A stretch of DNA of 64,000 bases from positions 128,001 to 192,000 of the forward strand of contig CAXXJV010000001.1 of assembly GCA_963663475.2 (NCBI GenBank), in the 5' to 3' direction. This document shows, in pieces, positions 19,411 through 27,256 of this stretch (the stretch's first letter is position 1; each line of letters begins with the position of its first letter). The notes under the pieces were generated by a model. That model did not search any database. It saw only the letters and a list, made by a program, of their open reading frames with translations, and was not told the DNA's origin. The position numbers and the translations under genes were made by a program. This DNA is from Candidatus Cloacimonadales bacterium (GTDB lineage: Bacteria; Cloacimonadota; Cloacimonadia; Cloacimonadales; JAFGVF01).

Positions 19411-20196
19411 TTAATAGTTCTTTATCAGAATCTCTGTCTTTGGTAGTGTTTTCCCTGATAGAGAATAAAGTGTTTCAGCCTCCTGGATATCATAACCTTT
19501 GTATAATTCTCTTACTTTAGGATGATCATTATAAGAGAGTAACCATTTGCCTTTTACCTTGCCAAGAAGCTCTCTAAGTTCCTTATGCTGAGTAAAAGCA
19601 TCAACAGAATCTCTGTCATAAAGTTTCTCTTTCTCATAATAAGGAGGATCTACATAAAAGAAGGTAAAATCCCTATCATACTTAGTAATTAATTTCTCAA
19701 AGCTAAGATTATCTATTACCACATTAGCCAGCCTTTTAGAAGCTTTATCAACTTTATCCTTATTGAATAGAGGGATAATGTTAGAACCACCTCTTAAAGC
19801 AAATGAACGAGATAATCCACCAAAAGAACAAGACAGCTTATAATAAAAGAATACAGCTCTCTCTAAGTCTGTTCTAGGTTTCATTTCAATCATCTCTTTA
19901 AAAAGCTCTCTGGAAGCCATATATTGTTCTAACTCCTTATGAAAAGCATCTGGGTGGTATTTGATATATCTCCAGAAGTTTATCAAATCACCATTAATAT
20001 CATTAAATATTTCTCGGTAATTCGGTTTATTCTCTATTTTCCAATCTTTCGCATCATTGCTTTTAGCAAATAAAATCCAACCTGCTCCACCAAATGGCTC
20101 ACAGTACCAATTATGTTTTGGGATAAGTGGAATGATCCTTTTTCTTAAAAGTCTCTTTCCTCCTACCCAGCCTATTATACTACTCTCGAATGTTAT
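19411..20196 (-). CDS. Dam/D12-class DNA adenine methyltransferase, apparent ATA start
   Basis: The frame extends upstream of the tracked ORF through IGWVGGK and YCEPFGGAG; DPPY catalytic motif; no ATG/GTG/TTG upstream of these motifs; GGAG lies 4 nt before ATA. Confidence 0.75.
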   Translation of the reverse strand: MTFESSIIGWVGGKRLLRKRIIPLIPKHNWYCEPFGGAGWILFAKSNDAKDWKIENKPNYREIFNDINGDLINFWRYIKYHPDAFHKELEQYMASRELFKEMIEMKPRTDLERAVFFYYKLSCSFGGLSRSFALRGGSNIIPLFNKDKVDKASKRLANVVIDNLSFEKLITKYDRDFTFFYVDPPYYEKEKLYDRDSVDAFTQHKELRELLGKVKGKWLLSYNDHPKVRELYKGYDIQEAETLYSLSGKTLPKTEILIKNY

Positions 20197-20247
20197 ATTT
20201 CTCCATTATATTACTGGGAACGCCTGCATCCTGCAGGCATTCCATGA

Positions 20248-20655
20248 TTAAAACAGCTTCTTAGCTAATCCTTGAGCAAGTCCAGTCATAGCCGTTCGAC
20301 CTAATCCAGTAGCTAAGTTTTTAAGCCAACCTGAACCATCTTGTTCTCCTGCTTTCCTAGCAGGTTCTGTTACTATATCATATACTTTCTGCACTGGATT
20401 ATCCGTTGCTAGTTTCTTAGCTAATTTAGCCATTTCAGCAGAAGGAATATTCTTAATATCCTTCTCTATTTGTGATGCTGGATGTTCATACCTGGAAGCA
20501 CCCAGTATTGCTTCTATTACTCTTTGAACAGTAGGAAGTACACTATCGATAGAAAGCATTTTCTTTCTAATCAGATAAACTACTCCTATAATGATCATTG
20601 TTACTACCACACTTATTGCAGATACTACTGCAGGATGATTTAGTAATTCACTCAT
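20248..20655 (-). CDS. Membrane protein, holin candidate
   Basis: N-terminal TM helix; near the endolysin. Confidence 0.45.
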   Translation of the reverse strand: MSELLNHPAVVSAISVVVTMIIIGVVYLIRKKMLSIDSVLPTVQRVIEAILGASRYEHPASQIEKDIKNIPSAEMAKLAKKLATDNPVQKVYDIVTEPARKAGEQDGSGWLKNLATGLGRTAMTGLAQGLAKKLF

Positions 20656-20656
20656 C

Positions 20657-20854
20657 TTATCCTCCTATTATCGGTTTCAAAACACTGGCTATCATTACTC
20701 CAGCCATTAACCCATTCAACCAGATGACTATATTTAGCTTAGTTTCCACTCTGCTTAATCTCTCTAATATTCCAGGTCTTCCATTACCATCTAACTTCTT
20801 TTTGATATCTTTAATATCTCCTACTAAACTCTCGTGGTGTTCGCATACTGACAT
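20657..20854 (-). CDS. Small coiled-coil plus TM protein, holin candidate
   Basis: ERLSRVETKL followed by a C-terminal hydrophobic helix. Confidence 0.45.
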   Translation of the reverse strand: MSVCEHHESLVGDIKDIKKKLDGNGRPGILERLSRVETKLNIVIWLNGLMAGVMIASVLKPIIGG

Positions 20855-20868
20855 CTCAACTCCCTTGT

Positions 20869-21405
20869 TTAAGCTTCAGGAATTGAATCAATAATAAAAT
20901 ACCTATCCTTAGTAGGACCTGAATATTCAGTGCTTATAGTAGCTGTATATAAGCCATTAAACTCATTACTTCTCTCATAGCTCCATCTCATAGCATTGAA
21001 GATTAAACAGCTTGCTTTATCAGCTGACCATAAAGCAATAGTCCTAATTGCTTTGTTTAACTGACTTTCAAGCCAGTCTTTTCTAGCCTGATTAAGACCT
21101 ATTAAAGTCAGTTCGATTGTATTAGAACGCTTACCTTCAATTAAGAAGTTTGTTGTTTTAAACTTAGCTACCTTAGATTCTTCTTTACCAGGATTCTCTC
21201 CGAGGTCAGAAATCTCATCAAAAGCAGAGTTTAAAAAACCTTCAAACTCTCTTTGATTTAACAATACTTCAGGAGGTATGGCTTCAATAGCTTCAAAAGC
21301 ACCATCTCCTAACCAACAAGTACCATGATTAAAAACAGCTATCTGATCATGAAAATTTGTTACTAATTTATCTAAACTAGGTTTTGTAGGTATTCCACCT
21401 GCCAT
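20869..21405 (-). CDS. Putative major tail (tube) protein
   Basis: Size, beta-rich pattern and position after the capsid gene. Confidence 0.45.
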   Translation of the reverse strand: MAGGIPTKPSLDKLVTNFHDQIAVFNHGTCWLGDGAFEAIEAIPPEVLLNQREFEGFLNSAFDEISDLGENPGKEESKVAKFKTTNFLIEGKRSNTIELTLIGLNQARKDWLESQLNKAIRTIALWSADKASCLIFNAMRWSYERSNEFNGLYTATISTEYSGPTKDRYFIIDSIPEA

Positions 21406-21416
21406 AATCTACCTCC

Positions 21417-22331
21417 TTATGAAGTTGGGTCTGCAGTAGTTTTATCAGAGACCTGGTAAACCCAAGAGTCTTCTAATTTACCTCTACCAAATGTTCTGTA
21501 AGGTACATATCTATCAGTAGCAGATAAGTCATTAGTACTTGATAGAGTTTCCATTAATTGATTACCATACATATAGCAATACTTGTGGCCGAAGATAACA
21601 GGAGTACTATCATTTTTTACTGCAGTAGAGTTAATAGCACCAGCTTTATCTACCTTTGGTAAGTGATTTAATAGGATCACATCAAAACCCATCAATCGAC
21701 CTATCAAACCATTTGGAATCGGCATTTTACTCTGTTGGCCAATTTTATCAGCAGAAATGAACTGATCAATTTTGAACAATTGAGATTCATGTTCAGGTCC
21801 AATTAAACAGAATCTACCTGTTAGAGGTGCATTCTTTTCATTAAGATGTTTTCTTGCGTTGATGAAGTCATCTAAAGTAATCTTATTAGCTGTAGTCGCA
21901 TGACCCGCAAAATCAACCTTTTGCCCTGCAGGAATAGCTCCAATCAAACCTGTTAAGATATTAACATCTTCTTTGGTTAAAATGTGAGAACCAGAATCTT
22001 CAGACTTTTCTTTCAATGTTTTTACTGTTGTTTGATAATCAGTATCTCTTTGCACTATAAAAGGATTACCTGCTTTTTGATCTACTGCTAAATCAATAGA
22101 ACCTTCACCTGCACCTGAAGGAGCTTCGAAAGCTTCACCAATTCCCACAGTCTGGCCTGACTCAGTTGTAATATAAGGAACATGAATCACCTTCATTCCT
22201 TTCTTAGCAAACTTTGAGACATCATACAAATAGCTCATTGCATATCTATTATCCTGGCTCTTACGTTTAATTGCATTAAGGGTTTCTGTAGTGATTAAAT
22301 CACCAAAAATTGTGTTACTTGCGTTTGGCAT
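21417..22331 (-). CDS. Major capsid protein
   Basis: Follows the protease; DFINARKHLNEKNAP..GR and NGLIGRLMGFDV..NHLP HK97-fold-like motifs. Confidence 0.8.
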   Translation of the reverse strand: MPNASNTIFGDLITTETLNAIKRKSQDNRYAMSYLYDVSKFAKKGMKVIHVPYITTESGQTVGIGEAFEAPSGAGEGSIDLAVDQKAGNPFIVQRDTDYQTTVKTLKEKSEDSGSHILTKEDVNILTGLIGAIPAGQKVDFAGHATTANKITLDDFINARKHLNEKNAPLTGRFCLIGPEHESQLFKIDQFISADKIGQQSKMPIPNGLIGRLMGFDVILLNHLPKVDKAGAINSTAVKNDSTPVIFGHKYCYMYGNQLMETLSSTNDLSATDRYVPYRTFGRGKLEDSWVYQVSDKTTADPTS

Positions 22332-23371
22332 TATCTGTTATCCTCCAGGTATTTGTTTCTTAGTTCTTCGTATAACTTAGGATTTGTGTTATAGAGTTCT
22401 CCTGCCTTTTCAGGGTCCTGTATCAAAACTTCCCAAGTTAGTTCTTCATCAGCATTTGCACCTAGGGTGATAGTTTTAGTCAGATCTGACTTACTATTAC
22501 CAGCATTTTTAACAAACTCATCAAACAAAGCTTCATCTTTATTAATGAGTGTTGTCGCAAAGTCTTTCTGGGCTGGGGTAATCTTACCTTCACTTATTGC
22601 TTGATTGATTTTAGCTTCGATATTGATTTTTCTTAAGTCTTTTACTTCTGTTTCTAATTTCTGATTCTTTGTCCTTAAAGCTGTTACTTCAGTAGTTAAA
22701 GAATCAATCTTAACAACTGCTTCAGCCTTATCTTTTACACCTAGAACTTCAAATAATTCTTCCATATTCTCCTCTCTTATATTGTTTTTTATCCACTCTT
22801 GATACTCTTGTTTACCTTCGAATTGATGACCAAAGTTGTTACTAACTACTACATTATCTACTATTGAATCAATGAATCCTTTCTCCTTTGCTTCTTTAGC
22901 AGTTAACCAGGTTTCCTGATCCATCAGACTGCCTATCTCATCTGCAGATAGATTACTGTGACTAACATAGATATTAACTATCTGTTCTTTAATTCTATCT
23001 AAGAGTTCAGCATTCTTTCTAAGTTCTTCAGAGTCTCCAGTAACATTGACCAAAGGATTATGTATCATAAACATACTATTCTCTGCCATTTCGATAGTCT
23101 CTCCTGCTAAGGCTATAATAGAAGCCATTGAAGCTGCAATCCCTTCAATTTTAGTTGTCACTTTTGAAGTATGAGCTTTAAGAGAATTATAAATTGCCAA
23201 TCCATCAAAGACTTGCCCTCCTGGTGAATTGATATGTAAAATGATATCATTCTTAATCTGCCGAATCTCTTTCACAAAATCAGATGCCCTAGTACCCCAG
23301 AAGCCTATCTCATCATAGATATAGACATCAGTATGCTCTACCTTATTAACTATCTTATACCATTTGTTCAT
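22331..23371 (-). CDS. ClpP-type head maturation protease with C-terminal scaffold
   Basis: INSPGG, GIAASMAS, MIHNP, ETWLTAKEA...GFID; C-terminal AISEGKITPAQK as in Mu-type scaffolds. Confidence 0.9.
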   Translation of the reverse strand: MNKWYKIVNKVEHTDVYIYDEIGFWGTRASDFVKEIRQIKNDIILHINSPGGQVFDGLAIYNSLKAHTSKVTTKIEGIAASMASIIALAGETIEMAENSMFMIHNPLVNVTGDSEELRKNAELLDRIKEQIVNIYVSHSNLSADEIGSLMDQETWLTAKEAKEKGFIDSIVDNVVVSNNFGHQFEGKQEYQEWIKNNIREENMEELFEVLGVKDKAEAVVKIDSLTTEVTALRTKNQKLETEVKDLRKINIEAKINQAISEGKITPAQKDFATTLINKDEALFDEFVKNAGNSKSDLTKTITLGANADEELTWEVLIQDPEKAGELYNTNPKLYEELRNKYLEDNR

Positions 23372-23592
23372 TTAACCTTCCTCATATCAAAAGTAATCAA
23401 ATTTCTACCTAAGTTTGACATTTCCTCAAACTCACTTGTCGATAATTTGCTACAGTTTGTAATAGTGATATGACTCTTTGACTGAGCTGCTAAAAATATT
23501 AATTCCTCAATACTGCTATTGGTGAAGTTATCGCACTCTAGTATTACATTACTACCATTCTTTACTGCTTGTTTAATACTATCGAAGAACAT
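23368..23592 (-). CDS. Hypothetical protein
   Basis: AAGGAGG RBS; overlaps the protease start. Confidence 0.6.
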   Translation of the reverse strand: MFFDSIKQAVKNGSNVILECDNFTNSSIEELIFLAAQSKSHITITNCSKLSTSEFEEMSNLGRNLITFDMRKVK

Positions 23593-23628
23593 TGTTCCTC
23601 CTTAAACTTTCTTTTAATCAACACCACC

Positions 23629-23708
23629 ATATCACAGCTAATCATTTTTATAAAAAAAATGGGGTAAAATACCCACTTTTTTCAGTAAATTATTAACTCT
23701 ATGATATC
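23629..23708. promoter_or_regulatory. Symmetric divergent late control region
   Basis: Central dyad AAAAAATGGGGTA-AAA-TACCCACTTTTTT flanked by mirror TGATAT motifs between divergent structural operons. Confidence 0.5.
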
Positions 23709-23774
23709 ATGGCTCCAATAACTGGGAACGTGGATGACCACATCCGCATATTAAATATTATTAAAGGAGCAATA

Positions 23775-24176
23775 ATGCTAAGTACTTTATTAGAAGAATT
23801 AATCGTAAAATTGAAAGACTTGGAAACAGAGGAAGGGAAACTATTTAAGCAGGTAGAACCTTATGAAGGGCAGTATGATAACATTAGTGAATATACTCTA
23901 TTTCCTCCTTCTGCTTTTGTAGAACTTTCTGATGCTGACACTAATCCAAATGGCAGACAAAACACTATCAGAACTAGTATAGCTGTTTATATCTCCACAA
24001 ATCATATAAAAGGTAAGAAACCAACAGCAATCTTTAATATTATTGATGATATGCGTAAGTCACTTAATAAAAGAAGCTTCGCTAAGGGATTCTTATACTT
24101 TAATGGCTTTAGAAGACTTGCTATCTTCCCTGGATTTATAACCTACCAGGTAAATTTCATTCATGATGAATCTTAA
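23775..24176 (+). CDS. Mu gp37-like tail terminator/completion protein
   Basis: AAGGAG RBS; V.PYEGQ..P.AFV pattern; next to the gp36-like gene. Confidence 0.55.
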   Translation: MLSTLLEELIVKLKDLETEEGKLFKQVEPYEGQYDNISEYTLFPPSAFVELSDADTNPNGRQNTIRTSIAVYISTNHIKGKKPTAIFNIIDDMRKSLNKRSFAKGFLYFNGFRRLAIFPGFITYQVNFIHDES

Positions 24177-24278
24177 CACTGGGAACACCACTGGGAGCGC
24201 CGACATCCCTGTCGGCATCTTCATTAACTGGGAACGTGGGCTTCCAGCCCGCATCTTAAATAAATATAAGGAGAAAAA

Positions 24279-24656
24279 ATGTACGGTACAATAGATAATT
24301 TAAAAGACTCTTTTGGGTCTAAAAAAGACCTACTTTTACAAGATATTACAGACACACAGCTTACCATGTTGCTGGAAGACCAATCAAGCTACATTGATAG
24401 CTTCCTCCAGGTTAGGTATGAACTACCCTTACCTGGTTCAAATGCTATAATTAACAGACTCTGCATAATTCTTTCTAAAGCTGAATGCTACAGACTTTTT
24501 GCTTCTAATGACATCCCAGAAGCAGTTAAAGAACAAGAGAAACAAGCTTTAAAAGATTTGGTTAAAATTCAAAAAGGGCAAATTCTAATCATGAAAGAAG
24601 ACACCCTGGAGGATGATATCATTTCTAAAGAAGTCTATTTTGGAGACTGGCTATGA
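24279..24656 (+). CDS. Mu gp36-like (DUF1320) head-tail connector
   Basis: MYGTIDNL...IDSFLQVRYELPL...LVKIQKG. Confidence 0.8.
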   Translation: MYGTIDNLKDSFGSKKDLLLQDITDTQLTMLLEDQSSYIDSFLQVRYELPLPGSNAIINRLCIILSKAECYRLFASNDIPEAVKEQEKQALKDLVKIQKGQILIMKEDTLEDDIISKEVYFGDWL

Positions 24657-25162
24657 TTCAAGATCAACAACTTTTAAAAGCAATTGGCCAAGTAATTACC
24701 AGGAACATCAAGTCTAGGATAAGACAAAATAAAATCACTCCTGCTACTCCCAATAAGCTTAAAAACAAGGCTACTCTAACTGATAGTGGTAACCTTCTAA
24801 GTTCGATAACTTATGTAGTCCGAGGTGATTCTGTTGTGGTTGGCACCAATGTTACTTATGCCAGAATACACCAGGAAGGAGGGACAATCACTCCTAAAAA
24901 GGCAAAATACTTAGCAATACCTCTAACACCTGCCGCTAAGGTTAAAAGGCCTCTTGAATGGGAGGATACATTCATTCGGAAAGGCATCATCTTCAGAAAC
25001 CTGGGAAACGATAAAGTAGAGGCTCTCTATAAGCTCCAGAAGTCAGTCAAAATACCTGCAAGACCTTATTTGTTTATAAGTCCTGAAGATGAAAATCAAA
25101 TCTCTAATATTATTAGCAAATACTACGATAATAAGATAAGGAGTAAGTTCAATGGCTCATAA
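24653..25162 (+). CDS. Phage virion morphogenesis protein (Mu gpG/P2 gpS family)
   Basis: LTDSGNLLSSI, VGTNVTYARIHQEGG and IPARPYL. Confidence 0.9.
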   Translation: MIQDQQLLKAIGQVITRNIKSRIRQNKITPATPNKLKNKATLTDSGNLLSSITYVVRGDSVVVGTNVTYARIHQEGGTITPKKAKYLAIPLTPAAKVKRPLEWEDTFIRKGIIFRNLGNDKVEALYKLQKSVKIPARPYLFISPEDENQISNIISKYYDNKIRSKFNGS

Positions 25163-25625
25163 ACGTATTGTAAAAGAACAAGCTGAAAGACTCTACATCA
25201 TGGAAGGCAAGCCAATAAACGAAATTGCTACTATTCTAAAAGTCTCTCAGCAGACAATCTATGCTTGGAAAAAGAAACATGAATGGGATAAGGCTATTAG
25301 AGCTTCAGGTACCATTGGTTTAACTATCGAAATGACTAAGTCTCTCTTTTCTGAAATGAATAAAGCCATGAAAGAAGGAAAGTTAACAGATCCTAAAACT
25401 GCTGATGCTTTAGCAAAGATATCAAAAATAGCAGAGAAACTATCTCCTGAAAAAATGATGCTTTCCAACATCTTTAATATGTTAGAAGACATTACTCATT
25501 GTATTCAGAATAAAATAAGAGATGAAGATTTTCTTATGCTCTGGGGCAAGTATCTTAGAGAAATTTCAGATGATTTAAGAAGAAAATATGCTTCTGGTAA
25601 CAACTTTAGGATGTCTGATGAATAA
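25152..25625 (+). CDS. Terminase small subunit-like HTH protein (DUF1804-like)
   Basis: AERLY...EIA..LKVSQQTIYAWKKKHEWD; directly upstream of the large terminase. Confidence 0.7.
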   Translation: MAHKRIVKEQAERLYIMEGKPINEIATILKVSQQTIYAWKKKHEWDKAIRASGTIGLTIEMTKSLFSEMNKAMKEGKLTDPKTADALAKISKIAEKLSPEKMMLSNIFNMLEDITHCIQNKIRDEDFLMLWGKYLREISDDLRRKYASGNNFRMSDE

Positions 25626-27116
25626 GCAAATTACAGTAAAAGAATTTGATAAGAAACTCGAGCTCTTAATAGCTAATATTAAGAAGTTCTCTACACCTCT
25701 GCCTAATGATAGAGTAGCTAAAGCCAAGAGAATTGATAAAGCTAAAAAAGACTTCTTCTTCTTTGCCGAAACTTACTTTCCTCACTATATCCGCTGTAAG
25801 TCAGGAACTCCTCATAAAATAGCTCATGAAGAAACAGAAGTACTGGGTCAAATTACAGCTATTGCTGGCTTTAGAGGTATGGGTAAGACAACTCAGTTAT
25901 CTATTATCAAACCTATCTGGAAAGCTCTTAAGGAAGAAATATTCTTTAATGTCAAGATTGCTAAATCTGATGACAAAGCAGCTGAAAGAACTGCAGCTAT
26001 TAGAGCTGAATTCCTCTTTAATGAAAGAATAAAGCAAGACTTCGGTCAGCTCTTAGCATCAACATCTTCAGAGTCTGATTTTACTATTAAAACTGGCTGT
26101 CGTTTCATAGCTCTTGGTTATAAATCAGGAGTTCGTGGTATTATCAATATGACTCACAGACCTGACTATATAGACATCGATGACTTAGAAGACCACCTAT
26201 CTTTTAATGAAAGAATTGCTAAGGAAAAACTTCAATTTGTTACTGAAGAAGCTTATGGTGCCCTGGAAGATGGACAAGGCTATATCATCTGGCTTGGTAA
26301 TCTTACTCACCAGAAATCAGCTTTAAATCTCTTTAAGAAATCACAGAAACAGGAGATCTCTCTGGTCGTAAGATGCTTATCTTCAAAGTTGATGATGGTC
26401 ACTTTAATCCAACATGGCCAGAAAAACATACCAAAGAACAACTGATCAAAATCTATCAGACTATCGGTCGTTTTGGTTATGAACGCCACTTTAGGATGAA
26501 TCCAGTAGTCGAAGGCCTTAAGTTCAAAGAAGCCTGGTTTAGATATTACTCACCTGAAGATATCGAAAACATCACCTTTGAGAAAATAGTTAACTACACA
26601 GACCCTTCTTTAGGTGAAAAATCTACTTCAGACTACAAAGCCTCCATGACTATTGGCTTCTATAAAAAACACTATTATCTACTTGAATGCTACTTAAGAA
26701 AAGCTTCTATTACAGAAATGCTTAAATACCTCTATTCAGTTCATAGTAGATACAATGCCCGTCTTTATATGGAGTCCAACTTCTGGCAAAAGGTTATCTG
26801 GGACTACATCCCTGATATTGCTCTTGTTATGGGTTATATGCTACCTCTTTCAGGAGTTGAAAACAAAGAGAAGAAAGAACTTAGAATTGAAAGACTTGAA
26901 CCTTACTTCGAATGGGGTTGGCTTCTCTTTCCTAAACAAAAAACAGCAGAAACACAACTACTGGAAGACCAATTACTCGGCTTCCCTGATTATCCTAACG
27001 ATGACGGACCTGATGCCTTAGCAGGAGGAGTAAATTGCCTTAGAATTAACTCTCAAGAAGAAAGCTATGATACAGTTGAAACAAGTCTGGCCACTCAATT
27101 TTCTGATGTCTGGTAA
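25618..27116 (+). pseudogene. Terminase large subunit, split by a -1 frameshift near 26338-26372
   Basis: ATPase half (FRGMGKT, DIDDLED) in one frame; nuclease half (DPS, DYKA, ESN, DDGPDALAG) in the -1 frame. Confidence 0.75.
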
Positions 27117-27256
27117 CACTACTGGGAGCGCCGACATCCCTGTCGGCATCTTAATTAACTGGGAACGTGGGCATCTTGCCCGCATTAATTCGTGTTAATT
27201 CGCTTAAATTCGCGTTAATTCGTGTAAAAGCTCTTAAAATATTAAAGGAGAAAAAA

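Noticed and set aside
26320-26345. Programmed frameshift in the terminase at T TTA AAT
   Set aside because: A -1 frame TAA follows within a few codons, so slippage there would terminate translation
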